Origin: Moniliella sp. 'wahieum'
Taxonomy: Eukaryota
Assembly: GCA_003971905.1 (NCBI GenBank)
Contig: RSEE01000097.1
Location: 1-64,000 of the forward strand
DNA: 64,000 nucleotides
Direction of reading: 5' to 3'
Shown: one piece after another, positions 49,199-62,834 of the stretch
Position numbering within the stretch: the stretch's first letter is position 1
Layout of the letters: the number at the start of each line of letters is the position of its first letter
Made by a program: the position numbers and the translations under genes
The notes under the pieces: generated by a model
Told to the model about the DNA's origin: nothing
Seen by the model: only the letters and a program-made list of their open reading frames with translations
The model's database searches: none

Positions 49199-51559
49199 GG
49201 TGGGATGGTGGTGAGAGCGAAGAGAGGGACCGATGAAGATCGTGGTTGGGGGGGGGGGGGGGGCTAAGAGCACATTGAGCGGAGGGGGCGTAACGCGCGT
49301 CAAACGCGCTGCCCAACATACTATGAGACGCTGAGGAGCACATACTCAGTATACTCATCTGAGTTCCGAGTTCTGAGACCTGATTCTGAAACCTGAGGCC
49401 TGAGTCCTGCCCTCAGGCCCTCAAGGAGGTCTTCAAAAGAAGACATCTGACAGTTGATCTGGTCGGGCTCTCATGCTCTCTTCCCCCACAGGGGCCTCAA
49501 GCTTCAAGCCAGCCGGCTTCAGGGGGTCTGTCATTTTTTTCATTGTCGATCGATCATATGATACGTCGACGTTGGTACCGGGAAAGGCGCCTTCCAAAAA
49601 AAGACGGTCTGTGTGACGCGCCGACGCGTGACGCGTGACGGGTCTCTGCTCCAGTGGAGCGATGTATAGAAAACGGCGATAAAATACGCACTCGGCTAAA
49701 GACAGAAAGCCCCCTACCCCCCCCAAAGGCGCAAGCTGCCCACATGGTGGCGCAAAATGGCGCAGACGCCGTCGCAGCCAGCCGGTCCGGTGCCGCTCAC
49801 ACGTACCCGCAGTGCTACTACATGTGACACGCGGAGCCTCAGCGCCTCTCCACTGTTGGCCTGGCCCCCAGGGAGAGCTTTGGCCATAGCCTGCTTGGGG
49901 TTCGCTCTTAGCGCCGGTTAGTGCTTAGCCCAAGTGCCTAATAGCCTGCTTTGGGGTCACCGGTCACATTGTCACATGTCGTGTCACGCATGTCACATGT
50001 CACATGTCATACCATATGTCACATCAACGTCAACACGTCAACACGTCAACACGTCAACGTCGTCTCCTTAGTCACTGGTCGCGCACGCGCACGACGCCAC
50101 CCATCGCCGTGAGCGATCTGGGACCTGAGCGCCTGAACCACAAACACATAGTGTGGGGCAGCAGCTAAAGACCGCATGGTGCCCATTGGTGCCCACTCCA
50201 ATTCTCCGTATCTCTGAACATTGTGAAAATATCAATCCGCCTTGGCAAAATGCATTCAAAAGCCTTCCTCCCGATTCCCCAGTATCCTATGGCCCTCCAT
50301 ACTGTGGGCGGAGGACGGCGAGACTGACTTCCTACCGAAGCGCAACTACGTCTGGCTCACTGAAACCTGAGACTGAGATCTTAGCGCCTCAAGTTCCACT
50401 ACCACCCGAACTCCGTGGACCCTGAGCTCCTGAAGTTTCTCAAACTTATCGAAGGCTAAATAATGTGGCGTCGTGTGTATTGGCCAGGAGACTGGCTCTA
50501 TATAGTCTTACTCTCCTGTGATATGCAACTCCCATCCTGCTCCCAATAACCACCAACACCCCCTGTCTCCCCAATTGATCGTCTATGCTACGCAAGGCCT
50601 GCACCATCTTCAGCACCATCTCTTGCTCTCTCAATAGCGGTATGGATCAGAACGTCGTTAAGGATCCATCATCCATGATCGGGGCGTGACATCGTGCTGG
50701 CAGCACTATACCAACAGTTGCCCTTTGGGGGATTTATGACGGTAGCCCCAAAAAATCCATGTCTCATTCGTAGTATTCCCAATCTCCCTTTCTTTTTCTT
50801 GTTCTCTTGTCTGTAAGACGGAGGAATCAAAGGTCTGGAAATGTAGAGCAATGCAATCGCGGTGATAGTTTTTGGTCTACTAAGCCTTTTGTCACACCAA
50901 AAGGAGACAGGGGTTCAAACAAACCGGGATATACACGTGGAGGTTTCGGAGGTCAAATAAGGGGGGAAAAGAGTGATAAGGTTGTGCCTTAACCTGTGTA
51001 CGGGACCACGGCTCCCAACATTCTCCTTCACTTTAGCGTTACACTTCTTGTTACTCTGGTATTACGCTGAGAGTTAACAATCGACAGCACTCTGCCACAG
51101 TCTTTTCTCTTGCTTACTTGCTCAAGTGTCATATAGTTTGGATCATCTCTCGCTCCCATTTCCAATTTCGTCCCGAACGTCTCGTTCCTTGCCTAGTGTC
51201 TTCCGCTTCGCACTGTGTCCTCTGCTCTTGCTTCTTCCCCACAAGCGATTGCTGAATCCCTTGGCCTAGTGGCCTAGTTCCGACTCTGGTCTCCCTCGCC
51301 TTAACGCCAACTGTGACAGGGGGGAGGGTCTCCCTTTAGCATACACATATGCCGAAAAAGTCGTGCGGGTTGCATCTCTCCTGCGAGATGCGGGCTTGTG
51401 GGGGCTCTATGTTCGGAAATAACCAGTTCGCCCTACTACTAAGCGCAGTAGTAACAGCGGTCTTCGTCCACCTCCAAGGGAATTCATCGATCATCCCTCA
51501 TGCCTGTGACCTCACCCTTTTGTGTTATGAGCCTCATATCGGATTCCATCCGATCTTAA

Positions 51560-52250
51560 CGCCCGATGCCGTTTCCAGCTTACCAAAGCTCGCTTCCAAC
51601 CCCGGCCAAGTCACGATCGAAGAGCACTTGTACCATGTCTGGTGGCCGAAGTGGTCATCGACCTACGAATCCTTTTTTCCGATGACAGTCGTCCCTTGTT
51701 CGTTTATATTTTCTGTTCATCTTATCCACGATTCGTCCCATCAGGGGTTCCATCAGTGGGGATGGAACGTTGCAAGCCTGAGAGTCCGCTTGTTTTCTTG
51801 TTTCCCACCCCCTCGGAATGGTGTCCCTGCGGCGACTACTCCCCACTTCCTTGTCTACCCACTGTTTTCTCCATCTTTACTGCGTTCAGGTGTTTCAGCT
51901 TAGTCCCTGCTTGTAAACAATGGTTCGTGGCTTCCCCCCACAATCTATTGGCATCTTCACCTCCCGTCTTTGTCAATCCGTTGGCGTCTCCACCTCTTCT
52001 TAAATCCATATACGGTAAAGGCGGCGTCTCCTCTTAATTGCCTCCTCCGCTCTCTGTTTTCTTGCCACCTTAGCTTCCCATCTCTTCATGTTTCGAGTCA
52101 CTGCGAATGGTTCGTCTAAACAACGCATCTATCCCATTGCGCCTAAACAGAGCATGTTTCCTTCGATCTGGGCTACCAAGATCGAGTCCCTTCTGTACGG
52201 CTGAGGTGATCCGTGCGCGAGAAGAGCTTTGAGTCCCTACCGATATTATT
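51560..52250 (-). mobile_element. Degenerate Ty3/gypsy RNase H-integrase relic
   Basis: Minus strand gives FSRTDHL, NGIDALFR (like NxxADALSR), then DHFGH..TWPGL (like the integrase Zn-binding region), in gypsy order. Confidence 0.4.
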
Positions 52251-53471
52251 CTACTTCAATTATTTGATCTTTGGTCTTGAGGGCAAAGTGATCTCTAAGT
52301 TGAGCTGCGGATCTGGGCTTCAGTTTACTGATCGGGACGTGTTGTCCTCGTTGTGAGATTTTCCCCTCATGCATTCTGCATTCTTGCTGAGGGTGGAGAG
52401 CCTGCCTATTTCTTGGGCCTTTTCGTGTTTGACGTTCCTGTTCTAGGGGACTCCTTGCTCTACTTGATCTGTGCTCATTTTGAGAGCCATTCGCCTTTTT
52501 TCTTCCTCCTTCTACGTCGAATGTACTCCCAAGTTCCTGTGTATCCCTTCGTTCTATGTTCTTCCACTATATAGCGGGTCATTTTGTAACAACAAAACAT
52601 TTCCTTGCGAATCCGTACTTGACCCACTGGGAAACGCTCGCATTACAACCTAGCTTACCAGCAATCCCGCCGGCCTGCTTCCGCGACCCCCTCTTTGTCT
52701 TGCCGAATCGCCGAATCCTTTCGCCCAAGCATCGTTGGCCATCAATTTCCCATCAGCTTCGGTCGCTTCTGTACGGATCCGGCCGCGATCCTAGTACAAG
52801 AGCCGAGTTGTTATGTGACAGGACCTGACCTACCCTGTCTTTGCCTGCGTCTACCTTCCGGTCAACTCTTCAGGACCACGGACTACAGGCACGCTAGTCC
52901 TGCTCGCTCGGGTGCATATATACCTAACCTTGCCACGCGAGCCGACGCCTCAATTGAGAGACCTCACCTCGTCTCTAGTTCTGTTCGGATCTGTCAATAG
53001 CGTTCAAGCTCGCTGATGAACCGTGAGTGGACCCTCCGCCTCACCAAGTAACCGTGGCTGTGGGCTCCAGTTCGGGGCCGACTAATGGCACTTCAGCTCC
53101 AGTACGTTCATCAGCCGCTCTCGTTTGGCCTTCCCGCATTCAATCTGGAGAGTTTTCAGTCCCCGTTTTCAGTCTTAGCTCCCATCCCAGTTCCCCAGTA
53201 CTCTATCTAGTAGTTGTCCAAAAGTTCGTGCAGCGTTGCTAACTGCTTCCCCTTTTCTGTCCCGAGTACGTCAGACCGACCGTCTGCACATTTCAATTCC
53301 CCAATCCGCCAAGGCGGCCAGCAAAGGGAAACTTTCAAGTTGCAGGGTGCCGACGTGCGATGGGGCGAGGATGCGATGCATTGTGGGAACGTGTGGAAAC
53401 GAAAAAAAAGTGCTGAATCGTGACTGGCACTCTGGTACTGAGTACTGTCACATGTCACACTATTGATGGAG

Positions 53472-53503
<32 letters not shown>

Positions 53504-54430
53504 AATTGAAGATTGGCATGGTAGGGTTGTCCTATCATGATACGAAGGCTGGAAAGAGTGGGCATGCGGATGAGATTCAGATCGGATGTGCTGATCGAGT
53601 GCGACGCTGCTGTCCACGTCCAACGTAGCGCACGGCGGCTGCTTACTAGTTACTGCGGACGCCGATGGGGGCTGCTGGCGCGGGGGTGCGTTCAAAATGG
53701 CAAGCGCTGGCATGCGCAGGCACGTGCTGCTGCTGCCGATTGGATGAGATCGATGAGAGCGCGAGCGTGAGCATGTGACATGGGAGGGGCGTGGGAGCCC
53801 CGCGTGCTATGTGGCACAGGTGTGACAAAAGATAAGACATACACTGCTCCTGTGCGGGTCTGCCTGCACTGCGCCCTGCCCGCCGCGGAAGGGCAGAGTA
53901 GTGCTGTGGGAGGGGGCGGTGCGCTCTAAATATATTGGCTCCCATGCCACGCCGGGGCCAATGGGGCGGACACACAGGCGTGGTGCGTGCCCCTCGCAGC
54001 GCTGCCGGTGCGGCGGAGTGCGTGCTGGTGCGGCGGGGCGTGGCGGCAGCAGGCCGTAGTGGCGGACCGTGGACGCATAAGCTTTTTTACTTTTAAACTG
54101 GACGGTGGGTTTAACACGTTTATCGAGCGTCGTCTGCATCATCGATAGCCCCAGTATCGATTGTCCACTATCGACTATCGCGATGGCAGCCATGGTGCAA
54201 GGCCCAACGGCTGTCTTCGCTTGTCGATTGTCGCTCGCTTCGCCAGCAGAAGCTTGGCCTCCCGAGGCTGCCTCATCGCCCTGACGGCAGCACTCGCCAT
54301 CCGTAGCATTATCGAATCCTGCCTATTGCGCTCTGCCCGTCTGCTCATAGTCCCCCCACCCCCTCCACCCCGTCGCCACCATTGTCGCCCGTATCCGCCG
54401 CCCGTGCTGCGCTGTGTCTCGGCCGACCCA

Positions 54431-56999
54431 ATGGCCACGCTCCCCACCGCCGCCGTCGCCCTGCGCCCCCCGCCGCCACCCTCCCCGCCCCCCAGCGCAA
54501 GCTGCCCCGCCACCGCCGATCACGATCACGATCACGATCACGACAGTCCCACCGCCCCCCTCCCGTCTGGGGCCTTGGCCACTCCGACCCACCGCTGCAC
54601 CACTACCCGGCTCTTGCTGCTCCGCGTCCGGCTGCCCGCCCCTGCGACTCATAACGCCTGCCCAGCTCGGCGCACTACAGCAGGAGCTGGCGCGGTCCGA
54701 GGTGCCTGCACATATCGTGTTCCCCTACCTCTATGGGCTGCACACACCTGATGCTCGGGCAGAGGAATTGCGGACGCTGTTTGGGCTGCCCTTCCCTCCG
54801 CCTGCGCCTTCGTACCGTGGCCTGACGCTCGTTCGGGCCGACATGCCTTCTCCCGGGGACACGCTGCTGGAAACCTGTGCCGCCAGTCCGCCCTAGTCCG
54901 CCGCTGGCGGGTCTGGAGACGCTCGTTGACCATGTGACTGATGAGGGGCCTCGGTTGCTCGGCTCCACCTCGAGCATGTCGTCGCAGGACACGGTGGACT
55001 CGCGCGCTAGCGGATCGGGGTGTTCCTTGCTGTCGATTGAGCAGAGGGCGAGTATTGGATCCACCACGAGCGTCGAGAGCAACGACCCGCCGTTGAGTCT
55101 CCCTCTTGCGCATGCCAGCCCAAGTCCCCCGCCCCAGGACCCGACCAAATGGTCCATTGTCGTCGCGTCGGCGTCGGCGTCGCGGCGCGAGCGCGAACGC
55201 AGGGGACGAGTACCGTGCCTACACACCCCAACCGGCCCACTCGATCTTGGTGGGCAGTGTGGATGGACGCAAACTGGTAGCTGCGCCGGCGCATGTGTGT
55301 CATCGCTCTTCGCGCAGTAGCAACGCTGGCTTTGTCCCTGCGCACAATCGCATCCGCGCCGAGTTTTTGCCTCCTCCGCGGCCGAATTCGGGCGAGGCGA
55401 GCTCGGACCTGCGTAACTTTGGTGCACAGCATACCTTATACGCGGGCGTGTCGGACATTGTAGTCTATTGTCCCGCGCTGCACTCGGGTATGGTCGAGTT
55501 GGCCAGCTGGCTTGCGCAAGCGCAAGAGCGAGCGCAGGAACAAACGCAAGGTCAGGCTGTTGAGTACAATGTCTTTCTGATCGAAGAAGGGTTTGAAGCG
55601 TTCCATCCTTCTCAAGTCTCCGTTGGCAGCGAGGGGGAAGTGGTGCACGTGCACGATGTGGAGGAGCAAGAGCGCACGTTTCTTCAAGAGATGGTGAAAG
55701 CGGTCGAGGTAGCACCCCATGTCTACGTTGGTGGGCCAGGGTGCGCCGACGTACCCGACCAACCCTGAGGGATGGGCCATCGTGCTACGTACGTCGGGTG
55801 GCGCCTTAGAGTCCACACGGTTGCCCAGGGTTACCCATTTCCTCGATGAAGTCGAGGCGGGCGTTAGTTCCATCATCCCCCCGAGGCTGATGTGGGGGAG
55901 GCGTGCACGCGGTATTGTCGCGAGATGGGGGAATTTAGCATGCTGGAATGTGCCCCGCCATGGGGTGCACGGGGCGCGGTGGAACGGTGGGTGGACCTGT
56001 TAACTATGGATGAAGGAGATGGCCGAACCGTCAAGATGGGTAGGAAGTTGTTGGGCCAAGAAAATTCTCGTCTACTCGGACGATGGCTACACCGAGTCGA
56101 CGGTGCTGTTGCTAAGCTACCTGATGTTGAGACACCAGCTCAGTCTGCCCCGTGCCTTTCTCTATGCCCACGTACGATGTGGGAAAGACTTTCACACCAC
56201 CTCCGATCAACTCTCGCTCCTTCACGCTATTGAAACCTGTATCCACGCCCGCATCTGCGGGGCCAACAACTGCTTCCACACGGACAGTGCCTCTTTTTCT
56301 TCCGACGGTACGGACGGGGCATGGATCAAGTACCCGACCTTTGACGGCTCCCTTCCTTCGCGCGTCCTACCCACCCTGTACCTCGGGAACGAGCATCATG
56401 CCCGGAACGCGGGCCTGTTGCAAGAGCTGGGGGTTACCCACATCCTTTCCGTGGGCGAGTCACCGTTGTTGGCGAGCGTACAAGAAGAAGGATTGGACGA
56501 GCGCTGTCTCAATCCGCACACCTTGGCTGGCGCATGGAGCTTAGGTCGTCTGACCGTGCGTGAAATCCAAGGTGTGCCCGACGATGGGGTGGGGGAATTG
56601 CGATCGGTGTTAGCGCCAGCAGTGGAGTTTCTGACGGAAGCTCAACGGGCTGGCGGATGCGTTCTGGTTCACTGCCGTGCGGGTGTCAGCCGAAGCGCGA
56701 CGATCGTGATGGCCTACCTGATGGCCCAGAATGGCTGGTCCCTCGAGCATGCCTATAGCCACACGCGCACCCGGCGCCTTGCCGTACTCATCCAGCCCAC
56801 CTTGCTGTTCTTTTGGGAACTGCAGAACTGGGAGGCCCATCTGACCCAGACAAACCAACCCAGCAAGACCACCTGGCATAGCTTGGCAGCCAACATTGCC
56901 AAGGCAAAGTACGTTTGCATCCGATCTGAGGTTGTGGGATGGGTTAGGTTTGGATCACTAGTGACTGACCCGACCGAATTGTGGTCAATGGCAAATTGA
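54431..56999 (+). CDS. PPS1: Dual-specificity protein phosphatase, Pps1-like
   Basis: VFPYLYGLH, YRGLTLVRA, LRNFG, SDIVVY; degenerate first DSP domain KILVYSDDGYTES; active domain GSLPSRVLPTLYLGN..VLVHCRAGVSRSAT..RRLAVLIQP. Terminal intron probable at ~56909. Confidence 0.9.
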
Positions 57000-57304
57000 A
57001 TCCCAAAGTGCTCGGTACGATAAATAACTCACATCTGCCTCCCCCTCCTCCCTCTTCTCCCTCTCCACCCCCCGCTCCCCTTGCACTTCTGAAAACCTCG
57101 CCGCCGCTGGCGGAGGCCCATATTATGGGCTTGAGGCGCGAAAACCGAGTTGCCAATCAACTCACTCTGCTCGTCTTCCTGTCCCGCCGCTTGCCTGTTG
57201 AACGTCATCGTATGCCATATATATAGATCTCCTGCGCTAGTACCCTCCCCTGCTTTACTCACTTGTTCATCGATCCTTCTCCAACCGGACCGCATGCAAT
57301 GTGC

Positions 57305-58967
57305 TCATGATTCCATCCCCCCCCTGCCCCATTCCCTGGTGGTACCCAGGTAGCTTCGCTCCCCGTTGCCTTTGCAGGCTAGAACAAGGCGAGGCTCAGA
57401 AATCCAGACCGAGGTAGGTACCGAGCTTGTCCTTGACTCCCGCTGCGACCGAGGAAGAGGATGGGAATGAGAATGAGAGGCTGCACTCGTCTTGTCATCA
57501 GCAAGGGTCTTGAGTTGGTGGGAGAACTGCGCCGCCTGTCCTTCCAAGCTGGTCATGCGCACCTCTAGAGAACGCAGGAACTCCCCGCGTTCCCGCACGT
57601 CATCGAGGTTGGACGCGACATGAGCCTTCGTTGCGGCCGTATCATCGGCGGCAGGCGAAACGGACGTCTCAGCGGTCAAAGCGGCGGCGGTTAGACCTTA
57701 GGTGGGAGAAGCGCGTATCCAGCGACCCAACCTCGTGCATTGTGTAGGTCCAAGGCGGGACGTAGGGGTGCAGACGAAATGGCTTCGGGATGCGCTTGAG
57801 TGTGCGCTACCAGTACCCCGGTAGTATGGGGGCTCGCCGTGGTACGCAACGTGCCGCTCGCTCCACTTGGGAGGAAGGGGGCGATTGGAACCGGCTGGGA
57901 CGTCAGCCAGTTCAGCGCCTGGGATAGCAACGCGGGTGGCGAGGCCTGCCTTCCCCCCCACCAACTTTGTCAAAACCTGAGCAGCTTTGGTCGCCATGAT
58001 ACCCCAGTAGGCCGTCAGCCCGCTCCATGTCGGGGAAAGATGTAAGTGGACTCCGGCCGGCTGGGCCGCAGTTCGTGCACCACCACAGTCCAGAGGTGCA
58101 CGTGGAGCAGGCACAGTGTATCGATAGCGTCCTCCCGCACATCGAAGATGATTGTCGGGGGCTGGTGGGCGCATGCTGTCGTACGGGGCGACCCAACGTG
58201 GGCCGTGCAAGGCGCTTACCGCCAGGCAAATGCATGTCATCCTGGAGATGCGCTCAGCCCAGATAACTTGAGGAGCGCTAGCTCCTCCGCCCATTCCGCC
58301 AGGAAGAATGTGCATCTGGTACGTCTTGAGTACAGTCTGTGCCCTCAACTCACGCAAGAAAACTCCGCCATCGTAGGCAATGAGGAGATGGTGAAGGTGT
58401 GGGTGTGGGTCTCCATTTGCACCATGACGGGGATGTGTTGAGAAGGGGGGACATACGGTACACCCAGCGACGGTGAATGTCCTTTTCTTTCCACCAGAAA
58501 TTGGAGAATCGGGACGGGCTGACGCATAGCCGACTCCGATCATATGCATCGATCGTCCCGTCGCGTAGGCCCGAAAAGGTGGTCGTGCCTCAGGCTCAGT
58601 TCAATGACGAGGTCTTGGTCCGGGCAGGATAGGCGCGATGCGCGAGGTCTCGCAGCACGAGGCGGGGTGCACGTGTCGAGGTTCGAAAAGGCAAATAGGG
58701 GTGGGATGCATCGCGCAGTCCGTCTGCCGCCTAGGGTCCTGCCGGGAAAGGTCAAGCACACTCAGATTGTCCTTCTCGTCCAGCACGACCAACAGGGACG
58801 AGGCCGGCTTGAAAGCCAGGCTGCACCTTGAACGACGGATGAAGGGGCAGCGAGGGCATGGACGGCGGGGGGGCGGGCTATGGTGGGGGGAAGGCTGCTG
58901 GGGCCAATGTCTGGTCCAGAGAGCCCGCCTGGCTGGCCTCGGCCGCATGCGAGCAACAATGAATCAT
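57305..58967 (-). CDS. Shortened Sro7/Lgl/tomosyn-like protein (partial WD40 plus R-SNARE-like tail), or pseudogene
   Basis: LAFKPASSLLVVLDEKDNLSVLDL, HDHLF-GLRDGTIDAYD, LLIAYDGGVFL..YQMHILPGG..ERISRMTCI; C-terminal SNLDDVRERGEFLRSLEVRMTSLEGQAAQF. Confidence 0.6.
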
Positions 58968-60047
58968 GGATGCGGTGGTGGTGGTGGTGGCTCAGCAGTA
59001 GCGACCCATGGCTCGATGTGGATGGCGCCTGACGTCATGGTGGAAACGCAAGCAGCGCACTGGGCGTCACGCGTCACGCGTCAGGAGAGCTACGCTCGAT
59101 GACGTAACCGGAATGGCCACATTCAATATTCAATCCACTCACAACTCTTCCGTCTCAGCGAGTACTCGCCGGCCTCGGCAGTCTCCAGCTGCCCCAACCC
59201 AAAGCAAGTCAGGCTGTGAGGGATATGGTGTCGCCCAGCCGCCCTCCTCGTTCCTACCAGGCCTCCATTCCACCACAACGGGCAGAGGGAGGGGGGGGGG
59301 GGGCGGGACTGTATGGGCCAGCCATGGAGTATTCGTGTCGAATCAGTCGATTCAAATGCGCTCGCGACATGGTGATCCTCCAGACCCTTTCGCCTTTCCA
59401 CGCTCTGCATGCCCCCCACACACAGTGTCTGTGCATAGCGTCACAGGGATTGGGGATTGGGGATTGGCTCAGCAGCAGGGGCAGTGAGGCCAGTGAGGCC
59501 GAGGCGTGTGGCCCTGACCGAGTCCTGAGTCGGAGCTCAGAAGCTTGAGACGCCCCCCCACGCGGTCGCTTGGGTACCTCAGACGCCCCGCAGACGCCCC
59601 CTGGAAGTCTCGCCTGGTAAAGGCCTAGCAGACTCGGATGCTCATCTGTGTTGGGCGCTGGCGCCCAGCAAGTCACGTGGCCCGACCGCCACCTGCCGCC
59701 GGTTGCCGTCTCCCTGGCAGCTGGGCGGTGCCAGCACCAGACGCATCTCAGTGCTCTGCCCCGCCAGGCAGGGGGGCAGTCTCTGGCCTCGCCCCATCTG
59801 GGGCAGTAATTCTCGTAATTACCAGGAACCGCTGATGCTTCGGCCAGGGGGCGCACAAGGGCACACAGCGGCGTTAACCCCGCTCTTCCACTGCCTCTTC
59901 GGCCAGCGTCAACCTTCAAAACGCCTACCGCAGCCATCTCCTTGCCATCGCTCCTGCACCCTCTGCCACCACCATCATCACCACCATCGCCATCCCTCTC
60001 CTCTTCCTCCTCTCGTCTCGTTCCGTATTACCCTGCCCCCCACCCCC

Positions 60048-62834
60048 ATGCCAGACCAATCCCTGTCGCTTGGCTTGCTCCCCCACGAACTCAAAGTGCA
60101 TGTGGCCCGGATGGTGTACCTGTTGGGGCGGCCGGCATCCGTGGCCGACACATGCACCAGTTCCCCTATCCCCAGTCCTCGGCCGGAGCGACGTGGGTAG
60201 ACCCAGCCCATGAAGAGCAAAGTGGCCCCACCACTCTGGACCTTAAGTTGGTGAGCAAGGCATGGAACGCTGCTTCCCGCCCCTTCCTCTTTCGCGAGGT
60301 ACACATCGGGTGGCCGTTTAGTTTCATCCTTCTGCTCCGCACTCTGGGCGCGAGTCATCTCCTGGTAGCTGCCTATGACACCCTGGGAGAAGCCAAGACG
60401 GTCAATATGGACCCCACCGATCCCGCCTCCTTCCCACGCATGGTCGCTGCTGCCGGTTTTGCCCAGGCCACGGGCACCGCATGGTGGTTGCCCTCCCATA
60501 AGGGCAAGGCCCCAATGACTGCCCATCCCCACGGCTTGCCTGTCCCATTTGACGACACAGCCGCCTCCTCACCTGCGCCATTCCCTGTTCGGGCCGCTTG
60601 CTTCCGGACGATGAGGGCGAGCTAGAACTCATTTGGGACGAACTACTGTCCTCCGAGGTGACTGAGACCGAGACGGACTTGACAGACGAGTCGGACAACA
60701 CGCTGGCGCCACGAACCAAGCCGAAACGTTATGTGGTTGCGCTCAAGCAAGATGGATCGTTGCGGCAATGTACGCTATTTTTCTATTCTGGTGTTGAGTT
60801 TTCGCATATGCTAACCTGCCAAAACAAAAGTGCATCGCTATGTACGCCTCTTGGACTTCTCCACCTTCCATACTCAAGGTCTCAAACGACTGTGGGACAA
60901 GGTGTGGTCGCGCGCTTCGTGACCCCTTCACGTCTTCTGGCCTTGATCACCGCGGTGCGCGAGAACCTTACCTCTTTTGCGGCGTGCGAGACGATGGACT
61001 CGGCATTGACGTTGCCCGTGTTGGAAGCACTCTTGCTCCGACCCGATGACAAAGAGGCTTCTTGGCCGTCGGAGTTGTCCCTCCCCGCACCAGTCTGTCT
61101 CCGACGGGCCAAGAACTGAGCCGGAGTCGAAGTCGAGGGCGCACGTTTCAGCGTCGGCCAGCATCGTTGCGAGGCGTCTCGCTCGAGTCGGTCCACGGAG
61201 ACGGAGTACCTCCCTCTCGATCCGGGCCAACCTACAAGATCCCGACGCGCCACTAGGAAAGAAGCAGCTCGAAGCACTTGACTTGTGCGGGTGTGTGAGC
61301 AGCGTGTTCCAAGCTGCCCTGATGGAATTTGTTGAGCGACACCTCACTCGCCGGACTGAGGAGCCGTTTCCTCCCCCTCTGCTCGAACGTCGTGGACGCA
61401 CGCTCACGCGCTCGCGCCTTGTTCCGCTCCCCGATGCCGTCACGGAGAGTCAGGGGAAGAGTCGGAGTGTGGACGTATGGTCCAAGGCCACTGACTCGCA
61501 GCTCCACCTACACGCCCCCCCAGCCTCTCGACGTCCACGCCATGCTGCAAGGTCCTCGTGCAGCATCGATGACGGACCAGTGGCGGTCCCGCTCCATGTC
61601 CACCTCCCGTCCTCGGCCACGGCGAAGGGCTCGTTCGCACTCTTCCAGTCAGGCACGGGAAGGTACTACCGTGCAGATTCCCAGTGTGCAACGACTTGGG
61701 CTTAGCGGTGTTCGTGCACCGACCGAGTGCCTGCACACATTTATCCTTGCCTTCCCCCGACTTACCCACTTGGACTTAAGTGGGACCCTGGTAACTGACA
61801 ATCTGCTGGCGTCCCTTGCGGTGGGACCGTTGTTCTTACCGGTCTCAGTTTGGCCGAGTGCAAACTGCTCTCCTCACGGGCCATCACGGACCTTGTCCTC
61901 TCGCCCGTGTGTGCTTCGCTTACCCAACTCAGTCTCCGACGTACCCCGACGGCCCGGCCTTGACTCGGGACGATGCGCAGCAACTCTTTCAGCCCCCTTT
62001 CTTCGGGGCGCGGTTGATTATTTGGACCTAGGTGGGTGCGGGCTGAACGATGACCTGCTGGAGCTGTTGCCGGCCCAAGCGCACTTACTTGACCTTGGTC
62101 TGAGCTACAACCGCACCTGTCTCTCACCTCGATTGCCAATTGGGTCCTGAGCCGAGCGAGGGGGGTGGAAGTTCTGACTTGGCCTACTCGTGTGACCAGG
62201 CGGCGCAGGGGCTGGTGACTGCGAACAAACTGTACACCATGCTCCTCGGTCCGCTCGGGGAGGCCAAGCCGCTCAGTTTGGCAGACCAACTAGCCTACCT
62301 GGACCGTCCGGACCTAGTGCCCCCGCAAGAAGCAGCAAGTAACCTCCTCGTCGTGGAGCTTTCGCCTGCTGTGCTCCACACGGTAGGTGCGGCATCAGTT
62401 CTTGGCGTGCGGTCCGTGGGGCCGGCCGACGCGGATGGGTGGTGGACACACGGGCGAAACGCGTGGAACAAACTAGGAAGAACGGCGAGACGGACGAGAC
62501 GGACGCATCCATGAGGGCCCGAGCTATTCCTGAGTCCAACTCACCGTGTGCAACGACGATCCTTCCCAGGACGAATGGGACTTGGTTCTCACCCGTCCCC
62601 CCTCACCTATCCCTTCCGCTGTGCCCGTTCATCTGTGACCCCGGAGCAGGAACCGGGGGTGCGTGTACTTCGTTCGGAACCTAGTGCTACACACCACCTT
62701 CAAGCGCTGGCGGACAATGACTTTAACCCTGCCTCGGTTGGATGGCACTCTCAAAGATGGCCATCGTTCAGGGCGCGGCGTTTCTTGGGAGAGAAGAGGG
62801 CGCGTATGCCCATGTTGCCTTTGCCCGCTCCTAA
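60048..62834 (+). CDS. F-box / leucine-rich repeat protein (YLR352W/Lug1-like)
   Basis: LLPHELKVHV..LKLVSKAWNAASRPFLFR (F-box-like), RFVTPSRLL, ETMDSALTLPVL, LEALDLCGCVS, LTHLDLSGT, YLDLGG, and C-terminal GWHS..GREEGAYAHVAF. Confidence 0.8.

Noticed and set aside
56058..56105. Catalytically dead phosphatase domain as a novelty
   Set aside because: A degenerate first DSP domain is a normal feature of fungal Pps1-like proteins.
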